A DNA stretch of 64,000 nucleotides, taken from the NCBI GenBank assembly GCA_963674735.2, contig CAXXQS010000002.1:2308179-2372178 (forward strand). Reading direction: 5' to 3'. Numbering within the stretch: the first letter of the stretch is position 1; each line of letters opens with the position of its first letter. Both the position numbers and the translations under genes were made by a program. Positions 28,900-39,146 of the stretch are shown here, piece by piece. This stretch comes from Myxococcota bacterium. GTDB lineage: Bacteria; Myxococcota_A; SURF-8. The notes below the pieces were generated by a model, which saw only the letters and a list, made by a program, of their open reading frames with translations, did not search any database and was not told the DNA's origin.

Positions 28900-28931
28900 A
28901 CGAGCGGGAGATTCCCCGCTCGTTTCTTTTT
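28900..28931 (+). terminator. Rho-independent terminator
   Basis: acgagcggg-loop-cccgctcgt followed by ttcttttt. Confidence 0.8.
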
Positions 28932-28949
28932 GACTTGGAATGGGTCGTG

Positions 28950-29399
28950 CTACTCGGGCCAGATGCGTTCCAGCGTCCATTCGTGCTCGTGCACGGCCTG
29001 CACGGCGTAGGCTTGCGAGTCCGCCCGGGTCAAGGCCTGTTCCGGGTCGATCTCATCGATGAAACCTAGCAGAAGCGCCATGATTTCCGGCCCCGTCACG
29101 ATCAGCAGGTGGTTGTCCTCTTGGTTGGTGAGGTGTTCGCGGAAGGCCACAAGCCGCGCGACAACTTCCGCAAGCGTTTCGCCGGAAGTGTTGGCCGGGG
29201 CGCACAGACGGCGATCCGGTGTCGGGGTGGCGTGGCGGCGACCGCGCAAGACGCCAATGGTGAAATCCAAAACGGCCGGATCGTCCGCACAATAGACGGT
29301 ATCGAACAGGCTATCGTTCAGCCGGGTTTTCAAGGCTTCGATGGAGGCAGTTCGTGTGGCATCGTCCGTACCGATACTGATGAGCGTGAGGTGGGTCAT
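28950..29399 (-). CDS. Degenerate histidine-phosphatase-fold protein
   Basis: FDTVYC, DRRL, GETLAEVVARL and LLIVTG segments align with the PGM fold, but RHG is absent. Confidence 0.5.
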   Translation of the reverse strand: MTHLTLISIGTDDATRTASIEALKTRLNDSLFDTVYCADDPAVLDFTIGVLRGRRHATPTPDRRLCAPANTSGETLAEVVARLVAFREHLTNQEDNHLLIVTGPEIMALLLGFIDEIDPEQALTRADSQAYAVQAVHEHEWTLERIWPE

Positions 29400-29424
29400 G
29401 GTTCCTTTTCCTTGCGGTCGGTGC

Positions 29425-30243
29425 TTACATCTTCGCCAGTATGCCTTCCACGATGGCTTGAAAGCGCGGCGCGGCTTCGTTGGCGGTGGCGGTCACTTCC
29501 GTATGGGTGAGCGGTTGGTCCAAAACGCCCGCCGCCATGTTGGTGATCAACGACAATCCGGCCACCCGCATACCGGCGTGACGCGCGGCGATGGCTTCGG
29601 GGACGGTAGACATGCCCGCCGCATCTCCTCCGATGGTGCGTAGCCAGCGGACTTCGGCGGGGGTTTCGTAGCAGGGGCCGGTCATCCAGGCGTACACGCC
29701 CTCTTTGAGCGACAAGTTTTTCTCCTGGGCCACTCGGCGCGCCAGTTCCTGATAATCGAGGTCGTACACATGCGACATGTCGGGGAAGCGTGTGCCCAGG
29801 TCATCGATGTTGTCGCCGCGCAGCGGATTCTGTCCGGTGAGATTCAGGTGGTCGGTGATCAGCATCACATCCCCAGCCTGAAAATCCAGGCTGACGCCTC
29901 CGGCGGCGTTGGTGATGAGGATGGAACGGACTCCCATCCGCGCCAGGACACGCGTGGGAAAGACGATCACATTCGGATCATGGCCTTCGTAATAATGGAA
30001 GCGTCCGGCCATGCCCAAGATCCAACGTCCGGCGAGCTTGCCGAACACCATCTCGCCGCGATGACCGGCTACCGTCGGCTTTGGAAAACCGGGGATGTCG
30101 CCGTAGGGAATGACGGTGGTGTCGGAAAAGCGGTCCACCAGTCCCCCCAGACCCGAGCCCAATGTCACCGCGCAGGCGGGTAGGGCGGGCAGGCGCTCTT
30201 TGAGGTAGTCGGCACAGCGGTCGATGTGTTGCAGCGGTGTCAT
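29425..30243 (-). CDS. punA: Purine nucleoside phosphorylase (trimeric type)
   Basis: LGSGLG, GRFHYYEG, TNAAGG, GPCYETPAE and GMSTVPE motifs; RBS AGGAG. Confidence 0.93.
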   Translation of the reverse strand: MTPLQHIDRCADYLKERLPALPACAVTLGSGLGGLVDRFSDTTVIPYGDIPGFPKPTVAGHRGEMVFGKLAGRWILGMAGRFHYYEGHDPNVIVFPTRVLARMGVRSILITNAAGGVSLDFQAGDVMLITDHLNLTGQNPLRGDNIDDLGTRFPDMSHVYDLDYQELARRVAQEKNLSLKEGVYAWMTGPCYETPAEVRWLRTIGGDAAGMSTVPEAIAARHAGMRVAGLSLITNMAAGVLDQPLTHTEVTATANEAAPRFQAIVEGILAKM

Positions 30244-30278
30244 ACGACATTTCTCCTCGTTGGGGGATGGCTTTCGCG

Positions 30279-31850
30279 TCAGAGAAGCATCCCGGCGATG
30301 GTGGCGGTCATGAATCCGGCCAGGGTGCCGCCGATCATGGCGCGCAAACCCAGCCGGGCCAGATCTCGACGGCGCTCGGGGGCAATGCCGCCGATGCCGC
30401 CCAGTTGAATGGCCACCGAGCCGAAGTTGGCGAAGCCGCACAGGGCGTAAGTGAGAATGACCAGGCTGCGGTAGGAGAGGGTCGGACCTTCGCCTTGCAG
30501 CAATTCCGCCAGATGCAGATAGGCCACGAATTCATTCAGGACGGTTTTTTCACCGAGAAGCTGAGCGGCAGCGCTGCAGTCGACGGCGGGAATGCCCATC
30601 AGCCAGGCCAGCGGCCAGAAAATCCACCCCAGCAGCTTTTGGAAGCTCAGGTCTTCGAGCCCCACCACGCCGCCCAGCGCGGCGATCAGGTAGTTGAGCA
30701 TGGCCACCAGTGCGATGAAGGCCAGCAGCATGGCCCCCACGTTAAGCGCCAGCTTGAGTCCGTCGCCTGCGCCGCGGGTGGCGGCGTCCACCACATTGAC
30801 TGTTTTCTTTTCAATCGTCAGCTTTACCGATCCGGCCGTGAGCGATTCTTCGGTTTCAGGGACCATCACTTTGGCGATTACCAGCGCAGCCGGGGCGCTC
30901 ATCACCGATGCGGCGATCAGGTGCCCCGCGATGTCGGGGAACAGGTGGCGCAGCATGCCCACATAGGCGGCCAGAACGCCGCCCGCGATAGTGGCGAAGC
31001 CGCCGGTCATCAACGCCATCAACTCCGACTCGGTCATTTTGCCGATGTAGGGGCGTACTACCAGGGGGGCTTCGGTTTGTCCGACGAAGATATTGGCGGC
31101 GGCCGAGAGCGACTCGGCACCGGAGGTTTTCATGCTGCGGTGCATCACCCAGGCCATGCCTTTTACCAGGGTCTGCATGATGCCGAGATGATAAAGGATG
31201 GACATCAGCGAGCTGAAAAAGATGATGGTGGGCAGCACGTTGAAGGCGAAGAATGCGCCGGTATTGGCGTATCCGGTGGCCAGCGCTTCCGGCACCGGAC
31301 CCATGTGGGTGTCGCCCAGCGGGGACCCCACCGGGACGTTGTTGAAAACCAGGTTGCCGAAAACGAAGCGTGCCCCCTCCACCGTGAAACCCAACAGCAC
31401 GTTCACGGCGTCGGTGAGTTGCTGGAATACCCATTGTCCCGGCGAGGTTTTGAGCACCAGGACTGCAAACACGAGTTGCAATCCGATGCCCCAAGCCACC
31501 AGTCGCCAGGGAACGCGGCGGCGTGCGTTGGAGAAAGCGAAGGCGATCAATACCATAACCGCCAGACCCACCACACTCATCACACGGTCGAACCAGGTGG
31601 TGGTGTCATCGGCGCGGTCGCGCAGGATCTGTTTGAGTTCTGTGGGGGCGGGGGCTTCTTTAGCCGGGTTGACCTCTTCGGTGATGGCGGTGTCCGGATT
31701 GAGTTGAGCGGGATCGGACTGAGTGTCGGCCGCCACTGCCGGATGATCGGACAGCAAACCGGCCAGCAGTAAAGCCAACCATAGAAGGATCGAGAATGAG
31801 CCCAGCCGCTTGAGAATCCAGCGCATGGAGAGACGAGCGCATATCTGCAT
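30279..31850 (-). CDS. nupC: Concentrative nucleoside transporter (CNT/NupC family); start uncertain
   Basis: [30 protein letters not shown] and CGFANFGS motifs. Confidence 0.92.
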   Translation of the reverse strand: MQICARLSMRWILKRLGSFSILLWLALLLAGLLSDHPAVAADTQSDPAQLNPDTAITEEVNPAKEAPAPTELKQILRDRADDTTTWFDRVMSVVGLAVMVLIAFAFSNARRRVPWRLVAWGIGLQLVFAVLVLKTSPGQWVFQQLTDAVNVLLGFTVEGARFVFGNLVFNNVPVGSPLGDTHMGPVPEALATGYANTGAFFAFNVLPTIIFFSSLMSILYHLGIMQTLVKGMAWVMHRSMKTSGAESLSAAANIFVGQTEAPLVVRPYIGKMTESELMALMTGGFATIAGGVLAAYVGMLRHLFPDIAGHLIAASVMSAPAALVIAKVMVPETEESLTAGSVKLTIEKKTVNVVDAATRGAGDGLKLALNVGAMLLAFIALVAMLNYLIAALGGVVGLEDLSFQKLLGWIFWPLAWLMGIPAVDCSAAAQLLGEKTVLNEFVAYLHLAELLQGEGPTLSYRSLVILTYALCGFANFGSVAIQLGGIGGIAPERRRDLARLGLRAMIGGTLAGFMTATIAGMLL

Positions 31851-31854
31851 GGCG

Positions 31855-32667
31855 TTACCCGACAATGGCGATGCCGGAGCTGGTGCCGATACGATTCGCC
31901 CCGGCTTTGAGCATGGCCAGGGCGTCGGCAGTGGTTTTGACGCCACCGGAGGCTTTCACTCCGGCTCCGTCACCCACCACCGCGCGCATCAGGGCGACGT
32001 CGCGGACCGTGGCTCCGCCGGAGGCGAAACCGGTGGAGGTTTTAACGAAGGCCGCGCAGGCGAAGCGCGCGAGCCAGCAGGCGACGATCTTTTCGTCGTC
32101 GGTTAAGAGTGCGGTCTCGATGATCACTTTCACCGGGACACCGGCGGCGCGGATGACGTTCTGGATGTCTTCGAACACCGGTTGCCAGCGGCCTGCTTTG
32201 AGCCAGCCGACGTTGATCACCATATCGATTTCACTCGCTCCATGGTTGACCGCGACTTTGGCTTCATAGGCTTTGGCGGCTGTGGCCATCTGCCCCAGTG
32301 GAAATCCCACCACCGCCGCCAGATCCACCCGATTGTCGACCAGTGCGTCGGCGGCCTGGGCCACGTAGGCTCCATTGACACATACTGCGGCGAAGCCATG
32401 TTGCAGCGCTTCGTTGCATAGGGTGGAGACCTGTTCGGGCAGGGCTTCCGGTTTGAGGATGGTGTGATCGATGGTCTTGGCCAAGGCGGCTTTGTCGCCG
32501 CGTTCGATGGCGGATAGCGTATTCGGATCCAGGCTGGGATAGAACCCGGCTTGTTCATTGATCTGGTAGGCGGGGACGCCGTCGGGGTCGATTCCGAGGA
32601 CTTCTGCCACTTTATCGCGTATGTGGGCGATACGGTCGAGAGTCCGAGTGTCGAGAGAGTCGTTCAT
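31855..32667 (-). CDS. deoC: Deoxyribose-phosphate aldolase
   Basis: [37 protein letters not shown] and RIGTSS motifs. Confidence 0.95.
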   Translation of the reverse strand: MNDSLDTRTLDRIAHIRDKVAEVLGIDPDGVPAYQINEQAGFYPSLDPNTLSAIERGDKAALAKTIDHTILKPEALPEQVSTLCNEALQHGFAAVCVNGAYVAQAADALVDNRVDLAAVVGFPLGQMATAAKAYEAKVAVNHGASEIDMVINVGWLKAGRWQPVFEDIQNVIRAAGVPVKVIIETALLTDDEKIVACWLARFACAAFVKTSTGFASGGATVRDVALMRAVVGDGAGVKASGGVKTTADALAMLKAGANRIGTSSGIAIVG

Positions 32668-32691
32668 GATCGCCCCCATGGCGGGTTGGGG

Positions 32692-34518
32692 TTAATAAGA
32701 ACTGAAAATAAATGGATAATCGACGCTGATGGGATCGCCCGAGAATTTCGGGAAGCTCCAGCCGCGTATGGCTTCCGAAACACAGGAATCGAGGTAGCTT
32801 CCTCGGAATTTCCGCGTTTTGAGCTTCACGGTAGATACGCGACCGTTTCCATTTATCGTAAAGGATACCACCACTTTTCCACTGAGATTCGGATTGCGAC
32901 GCAACTGACTGTCGTAGCAAAAACGGATGCGGGTGAGGTTGCGTTCGATGACGGTTTTGATCTGGCTCTGGCTCAGCCCGCTTGGGAGAAACGGATTCTC
33001 ACCGATATCGGGTGGGGGAACGGTCGGCATGGCGATGGCGCTTTCGCGCGGCTGGGAGCCGTTGGACGAGGGAGCCGGGCGACCGTTGCCGTTGCGTTGG
33101 GCTTTGCGCTTGGGTTTGCCGTTTTCGGTTAAGGCTTTGTGCATTGCCTTTACTTCGGCATCCAGTTTTTTCTTCAGCGTTTTTTCATCATCAACCGGGT
33201 GTTTCGTCGTGTTCGTGTTCTCGGTTGTTTTCGGCAATTCCTTATCGGGCAGAAAAAGATTGGTCGACTCTTCTTCGACCACCGGCGCGAGCAGTTCCTG
33301 CTCACGGGTCGGGGAATCGAGGAGCAAACCGAAAATCACACCCGTGGCCATGGAAGCCAGGATCGCAAGTAGAATCAATGCCTTAAGGATCGGCTTGGTA
33401 GGCCTGGTTGTCGCGGCTTTTTCCGTTTCAACCGTGAGAGTCGAATCCGTAACCGGGACTGCCGCAGCCTTCTTTTTGGCCTCGGCTTCTTCCTTCTTTC
33501 GCGCTTCTTCGTCGGCCTTCTTTTTGGCCTCGGCTTCTTCCTTCTTTCGCGCTTCTTCGTCGGCCTTCTTTTTGGCCTCGGCTTCTTCCTTCTTTCGTGC
33601 TTCTTCGTCGGCCTTCTTTTTGGCCTCGGCTTCTTCCTTCTTTCGTGCTTCTTCGTCGGCCTTCTTTTTGGCCTCGGCTTCTTCCTTCTTTCGTGCTTCT
33701 TCGTCGGCCTTCTTTTTGGCCTCGGCTTCTTCCTTCTTTCGCGCTTCTTCGTCGGCCTTCTTTTTGGCCTCGGCTTCTTCCTTCTTTCGCGCTTCTTCGT
33801 CGGCCTTCTTTTTGGCCTCGGTTTCTTCTTTCTTTCGCGCTTCTTCGTCGGCCTTCTTTTTGGCCTCGGCTTCTTCCTTCTTTCGCGCTTCTTCGCGTTC
33901 GATTTCCCGTTGTAACGCGGCTTCCTCTTGCTCGCGCCGCAGACGTTCCTCTTCTTCGATCAACGATGCTGCGATTTCATCATCGGAATGACCTACGGCG
34001 GGTTCGACCGCCTGCTCCAGATCGACTGCCTGATCCAAGTCTACAGCCAGTTCCGTTTCGGATATTTCCAGCATACTCGCCATGGGGTCGGGTTCCGGCT
34101 CCGCTCCCACGGCTTCGTCCAGACCGGGGGCGATTGGAGCGGAAGGGGGGGGAGGGGGACTGGCGATGGCTTGCAGGATATCCGTCAACTCCCGGACTTC
34201 ACCGAGAGGCCGCCATTGCTCCATTCCCTCTTTCCATACCAGGGTGGAGGCGAGTAACTGAGTATTTTCAAGCAAACGACGCATGGCTCCGATTGAGACG
34301 GGACCATGGGTTTGTTTATCTTTGGCGTAGAACCAGATATCGTCTTCGTCAGGCGGGGGTGGAGCCTGCAACGATTGTGTGATCTGTTCCTCAAGGGCTG
34401 GATCTTTGACGTAGAAAACATGGCGGCAGTGCGTACACCGTACCTTCAGAATGCGATTTCGCAGCCTTTCATCGGGGATCGGGCAATCCGCAGCGCAATT
34501 GGGACAACCGAAAATCAT
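32692..34518 (-). CDS. AgmX/GltJ-like protein: zinc ribbon, GYF_2, charged repeat, TM and TonB_C-like domain
   Basis: CPNC..KVRCTHC; WFY..GPVS..LVWKEGMEQW; C-terminal IRFCYD..NPNLSGKV..W.FP..YPF. Confidence 0.85.
   Translation of the reverse strand: MIFGCPNCAADCPIPDERLRNRILKVRCTHCRHVFYVKDPALEEQITQSLQAPPPPDEDDIWFYAKDKQTHGPVSIGAMRRLLENTQLLASTLVWKEGMEQWRPLGEVRELTDILQAIASPPPPPSAPIAPGLDEAVGAEPEPDPMASMLEISETELAVDLDQAVDLEQAVEPAVGHSDDEIAASLIEEEERLRREQEEAALQREIEREEARKKEEAEAKKKADEEARKKEETEAKKKADEEARKKEEAEAKKKADEEARKKEEAEAKKKADEEARKKEEAEAKKKADEEARKKEEAEAKKKADEEARKKEEAEAKKKADEEARKKEEAEAKKKADEEARKKEEAEAKKKAAAVPVTDSTLTVETEKAATTRPTKPILKALILLAILASMATGVIFGLLLDSPTREQELLAPVVEEESTNLFLPDKELPKTTENTNTTKHPVDDEKTLKKKLDAEVKAMHKALTENGKPKRKAQRNGNGRPAPSSNGSQPRESAIAMPTVPPPDIGENPFLPSGLSQSQIKTVIERNLTRIRFCYDSQLRRNPNLSGKVVVSFTINGNGRVSTVKLKTRKFRGSYLDSCVSEAIRGWSFPKFSGDPISVDYPFIFSSY
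33467..33895 (-). repeat. 48-bp tandem repeat x9 encoding EEARKKEEAEAKKKAD
   Basis: Near-identical units of gccttctttttggcctcggcttcttccttctttcg(c/t)gcttcttcgtcg. Confidence 0.95.
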
Positions 34519-34819
34519 AGCGTCTGAATTCCTTCCAAACTGCTCGCGTTCTGGTTCACGGGACGGAGGCGTTCCGGCCAAAGGGTCGGAGTACCACCAC
34601 ATGCACTAACATACCGCTGAAGATCGGACGGTGCAATGGGTTCAAATTACATGTCTTTCCACCGTATCCATCCGTCTGGGAAAGCGGGCAAAACGAAGGA
34701 TTGAGTATACCAGTTGTGTATAGTAAGTCAATGAAATTATTGCCGATGTTTGTTGCAGGAGAGGTTGGCGGAAGGGAGGCTTGCATCGTGGATGGTTGCC
34801 TTTTCTCGCGTTCGAGGGT

Positions 34820-35707
34820 ATGAGTGGGGCCATGGCTGATCAGGAGGACAAAATCGTGACCCCGACTTCCCCGTTATCCAAACCGCGCTTCTTTTCCTGG
34901 AGCCAATTTCACCGCCGTAGCCGTGAGGCCAAGGAAATTCTGCGCATGGTCGGCCGCACATCCCAAAATTTCGGCTTGATTCGCCCCGGAGATCGCATTT
35001 TGGTGGCCTGCTCGGGAGGAAAGGACAGCTATACCCTGGCTTGGGCCCTGGCCCAGACACAAAAACGTGTTCCATTTTCCTTTGAATTAATCGCATTGAA
35101 TATCGATCAGGGCTTTGGCGCTTACGACCAGGAAACGGTTGTGGATTTCCTCACCTTTCAGGGATTGACGGTAGAGGGAGTGCGCGAGAATACGGGAATG
35201 ATCTGCCGGGCCAAAGTGGGGAAAGACGGCAATGCCTGTTGGCTCTGCGCCCGCCTGCGACGCGGGATCTTATATAGCCACGCACGGCGCTTGGGCTGTA
35301 ATAAAGTTGCGCTCGGTCACCACGCCGACGATTTGATCGAAACGCTGCTGATCAACCAGTTTTTCGCCGGTCAGATCAAATCCATGCCGCCCTGGTTGCG
35401 CATCAATGAAGGCGATCTGGAAGTTATTCGGCCGCTGGCCCGCGTGCCTGAACGTACGATCTCCGCTTTCGCCGCTTCTCTGCATTTTCCCATCGTGCCC
35501 TGCAGTTGTCCCTATGATGGCAATCTCGTGTTATCGGAACGGGCCCAGGTGAAAAGCTTGCTTTCCGAGCTTCAACAACGCATCCCCGACATTAAAAGCA
35601 ATCTGCTGGCTTCTCTTACACGGGTGCGGCCGAGCCACCTGCTGGATCGGACACTCTTCGAGTTTTCCGGAAAATCTGAAATCGATACCCCCGGAACGGA
35701 GGACTGA
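34820..35707 (+). CDS. ttcA: tRNA 2-thiocytidine biosynthesis protein TtcA (start 34820 or 34832)
   Basis: SGGKDS PP-loop, CWLCARLRRG, LGHHADD, IRPL and PCSC motifs. Confidence 0.9.
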   Translation: MSGAMADQEDKIVTPTSPLSKPRFFSWSQFHRRSREAKEILRMVGRTSQNFGLIRPGDRILVACSGGKDSYTLAWALAQTQKRVPFSFELIALNIDQGFGAYDQETVVDFLTFQGLTVEGVRENTGMICRAKVGKDGNACWLCARLRRGILYSHARRLGCNKVALGHHADDLIETLLINQFFAGQIKSMPPWLRINEGDLEVIRPLARVPERTISAFAASLHFPIVPCSCPYDGNLVLSERAQVKSLLSELQQRIPDIKSNLLASLTRVRPSHLLDRTLFEFSGKSEIDTPGTED

Positions 35708-35713
35708 GAGCCG

Positions 35714-38401
35714 CTATTGCGGGCAGGTCAATTGCAGGGTATCGACCGCGACATCGTACCCCGACGATTCGGGGTTGCGGCCCATCACTTTGATCACCAG
35801 GCGGTGCGTTCCCGCGCTCAGGCTGCCAACGGCGTAAGTCGCTTCGAACCACTGCACCAGTTCGGAGGCGTAGAGGTCGAGTGGGTCGTAACCGTTTTGT
35901 GCGTGTGTAAGAGCTCGTGCCAGGGGCGTGTCCATGAATAGTCGCAGGGTGCCGCTTTCAGTGGTGGACTTGAAACGTAGCTTCAACGAACCGCTGAAAT
36001 CCTGATCCAAAGTGAACAGCAGGACGATCTGGTCACCCCTGCCTGCGGCGCTCAATTGCAGGGCTTGCGCATCGTCGGCCGTGGCGTCGTCGATGAGGCT
36101 CACCGCGCTGGTCGGTAGCGATAGGCTTTCATCTACCAGATCTTCGGCCGCCCATTCAAGATCCGTACACGGCAGCGTTGCGGGCGGTGTGTCCTCGCAG
36201 GCGTCGCCGGGATAATTGCCATCATCGTTTTCCTGGCCGGAGTTCGGAACCGTGGGGCAGTTGTCGGCGCAGTAAAACTGTTCGCCGGGTTGACAGGGAG
36301 CCGTTCCCGTGGTGGCGATGCCGTCCCGGTCGAGGTCGAATTTGGGTGCAGCGCAGCGGAACCCGACCGTATCGGCCGCCGCGATTTGAGAGAGATTTTC
36401 GCGGAAAGCGCCGCGCAGGCGTAACTCGGCATCGCTGAACGAGCCGCCGCGCACCACTCGCAGTCCGCCGGTCTTTACCACCGGGTTGGTGATTTCGTCG
36501 GCGGAGTAGGCGGTGAAGGCATCGAACACCCATTCGGCCACGTTTCCCGCCAGATCGTGCAGCGTAAACAGGCTGGTTCCGTTTTGGGTTTGATTCTCGC
36601 CGTTATACGAGCCCACCCAGATGGGGTGGTTCCAGCAGGGGTCGGTGTTGGCCCCGTCTCCGTTGCGGTCACCGAAATTGGCTAATTCACAACTCGGCTC
36701 GGTATCGCCCCAGGGATAACGACGCCCTTCGGGGTTACTGTTGGGACCGCGTGCGCCGTATTCCCATTCGGCTTCCGTGAGCATTCGTTTTCCAGTCCAA
36801 CGACAATAAGCCTGTGCGGCGTGCCAGCATATGGACGCCACCGGGCGTTGTTCGTGTCCCGGCTCGGGAGGCTGCGAAAATTCGCCGTAGCTCGACCCGC
36901 AGGGATTTTCCCCGCTGGTGTTGGTTTGCCATATCGGCGTGTCCTGGGCGAACTCGTAATACCCCTGCTCGGTAACCTCGAAAGCATCCACCCATACACC
37001 GTGGGTCAGAGAAGTCGTATGAGCGGGTTTGGCGTCGGCGCAGCTCTGAGCGTTGCATTCGCTTTCCGTAAAGCCCTGTCGGAAGGCGTTGGCGGGCAAA
37101 AACACCATTGATCCCTTATCGTTGGCATTGCCCATGATGTTGGTTTCACAATAACCTTGGGCGTTGAGCGGCCAATCCTGACAGTCGGGGTTGATTCCGG
37201 CACAGATTCCGCCGTTGCAGCGGTCGTTTTGTGTTCCGGGTTTGCGGTCGTTGCAAAGCATGTTATCTGGTAGCGGGTTGTACATGCACTGTTCGGCTTC
37301 GGTGTTCCAGGTTCCCACCGTACAGGGATTGCCGTCGTCACAAACAATGCTGTCATCCGCTTCGGCTTCATCGTCGAGATCGCCGTCGGGGACATTGAGC
37401 AGGGTATCGATGAAATCGTTGGTTACCTGAATCAGATCGAGGGTGACGTCGTTTTCCGGGCAGTCGTAGTCGGTGAAATTCGCGGCATCGCCATACCAGT
37501 AGACGTGACCGACAACGCCTGATTCGCATTCATTTTCATCGCGGCAGGGAGCCAGATAAGCGCGGTCGGCTACTTTGCGAGCGAAGGAATCGAACTCGGC
37601 TTCGGGAACCAGGCCGTCATCCACGCGCAACCCTCCCTGGGGTGTTTCGACTTCCAGGCGGTAGATCCGATTGCCGTAAAGCCATAGGCTGCGGTCGGTA
37701 ACGCCGCTTCGCCGGTAGGCAAAATCGAGCAGAATATCGCCCTCGTATTCCTGCTCCGGGGCTTCGCAAATTTCGGGATCGAGATCGGCTTCATCATCGA
37801 TTTCGTTGTCACCATCCGTTTGGTCCAGGTCGCCGTCGCCCGCCGGGTCATCCAGGTCGCCATCGGGTTGTCCGGCCAGAATGGTGGTATCGATCCAGTG
37901 GTGCATATAGTTGAGAAAAGCCAGCAGATCGTCATCCAGGCTGCAGTTCCACGACAATTCCCGTGTGTTGGGTCCGGCATAGAGTGCGCTGCCGGAAAGA
38001 CAATCGACGCCGCTTTCGATGTAGTCGCCGTTGAGCGATTCCAGCCGGGTTTCCAGATATCCGCTGATCTCGGCCACTTGGGCGAGTGTTAAGCTTCCGG
38101 CGATGCTTTTATCGAAAGTTGAAAGACCACTCTTGTTGTAGTCCATATTGTAGGAACCGGTCAGACGCATGGTTAGACTGATGTTGCGTTCTCCGGGCAC
38201 CCGCGAATCGAAGCGGAACAGAAACTCCTCACCACCCCAATCCCTATCGCCGTCCGTAGCCGGGTTTTGATCGGTGTTGTCGGAATCGGATCCGCTTTCA
38301 GTCCATTCGTTATCGCCCGAGAGATCCGCAGCTTTCTCGCCGCTGCAGGCTATGCATAATGCGATGAATGTCAATGCCATCATAAAAACGGCCAGACGCA
38401 T
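35714..38401 (-). CDS. Multidomain lipoprotein with FGE-sulfatase (SUMF1/EgtB-like), Cys-rich, TSP3-like and CBM-like domains
   Basis: Lipobox IAC; CDDGNPCT; LTEAEWEYGARG, DLAGNVAEW, RGGSF and GFRCA; DNCPTVPNSGQ. Confidence 0.8.
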   Translation of the reverse strand: MRLAVFMMALTFIALCIACSGEKAADLSGDNEWTESGSDSDNTDQNPATDGDRDWGGEEFLFRFDSRVPGERNISLTMRLTGSYNMDYNKSGLSTFDKSIAGSLTLAQVAEISGYLETRLESLNGDYIESGVDCLSGSALYAGPNTRELSWNCSLDDDLLAFLNYMHHWIDTTILAGQPDGDLDDPAGDGDLDQTDGDNEIDDEADLDPEICEAPEQEYEGDILLDFAYRRSGVTDRSLWLYGNRIYRLEVETPQGGLRVDDGLVPEAEFDSFARKVADRAYLAPCRDENECESGVVGHVYWYGDAANFTDYDCPENDVTLDLIQVTNDFIDTLLNVPDGDLDDEAEADDSIVCDDGNPCTVGTWNTEAEQCMYNPLPDNMLCNDRKPGTQNDRCNGGICAGINPDCQDWPLNAQGYCETNIMGNANDKGSMVFLPANAFRQGFTESECNAQSCADAKPAHTTSLTHGVWVDAFEVTEQGYYEFAQDTPIWQTNTSGENPCGSSYGEFSQPPEPGHEQRPVASICWHAAQAYCRWTGKRMLTEAEWEYGARGPNSNPEGRRYPWGDTEPSCELANFGDRNGDGANTDPCWNHPIWVGSYNGENQTQNGTSLFTLHDLAGNVAEWVFDAFTAYSADEITNPVVKTGGLRVVRGGSFSDAELRLRGAFRENLSQIAAADTVGFRCAAPKFDLDRDGIATTGTAPCQPGEQFYCADNCPTVPNSGQENDDGNYPGDACEDTPPATLPCTDLEWAAEDLVDESLSLPTSAVSLIDDATADDAQALQLSAAGRGDQIVLLFTLDQDFSGSLKLRFKSTTESGTLRLFMDTPLARALTHAQNGYDPLDLYASELVQWFEATYAVGSLSAGTHRLVIKVMGRNPESSGYDVAVDTLQLTCPQ

Positions 38402-38576
38402 TTGAGGACCACTATGGATGGACGTTTGCATGTTTTACCCCGTGCAGGTGCCGAATCGTGAAATGGAATTATACCACACTTGCGGAGGAAAACGGAAAGC
38501 GCTTCTTGCGATGCAACCTGTTCGGGTTCTTGATCGAATTTCGTTGCGAATGCGATTCGTTCGGTCCGTTGTTTTA

Positions 38577-39125
38577 TCAGGCGCTGGCGCGAGCCGGGCT
38601 GGCGACTTGGCGCGGCTGTTTTTTGTAAATTTGACGGATCTCCAACAACGCATCGTTGTAGCGACCGGATTTGAAATCGGGGAAGCCCCACTCGAAGGGG
38701 TGAAAGGTTCCTTTTCGGTAGTAGAGAGTCGGGTCGGCGTAGACCCCTTTATCCAGGAAGATTTTTTGCCAGCCTTCTTTGGCCGAGGCCAGAATCAGCT
38801 TATGGGTATCGAGATAACCGACATCCAGATTGACCCTGCGTGCCTCATTCCGGATATACTCATCTTCGATTCTGATGGTCAGCAGCTTGAGGGCCACCAG
38901 CATGCTGGGATCGACCAATCGTTCGAAGGAAATCAGCACCCGTTCGATTCCCGGTCCCATCTCCGCCTCATAGTAATGCGTTACATCGAACGGAAAGGAT
39001 GCGGAGGTATAGTCGATCGGGCCGAAAGCGGTTTCCAGGCGGGCGTATACTTCCGTTCGATCGATGTCGCGGCTGAAAAGAACGGCGATGAGCAGCTTGA
39101 CTTGTTCAGGTTGAATTGGATGCAT
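38577..39125 (-). CDS. DUF4416 family protein
   Basis: FGPID, THYYEAEMG, RRVNLDVGYL and LILASAK motifs. Confidence 0.75.
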   Translation of the reverse strand: MHPIQPEQVKLLIAVLFSRDIDRTEVYARLETAFGPIDYTSASFPFDVTHYYEAEMGPGIERVLISFERLVDPSMLVALKLLTIRIEDEYIRNEARRVNLDVGYLDTHKLILASAKEGWQKIFLDKGVYADPTLYYRKGTFHPFEWGFPDFKSGRYNDALLEIRQIYKKQPRQVASPARASA

Positions 39126-39146
39126 GATGACTTCCTTGCGAGCGGT

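Noticed and set aside
33467-33895. Regular 48-bp repeats as a possible CRISPR array
   Set aside because: No unique spacers, in-frame coding repeat, and no cas genes.
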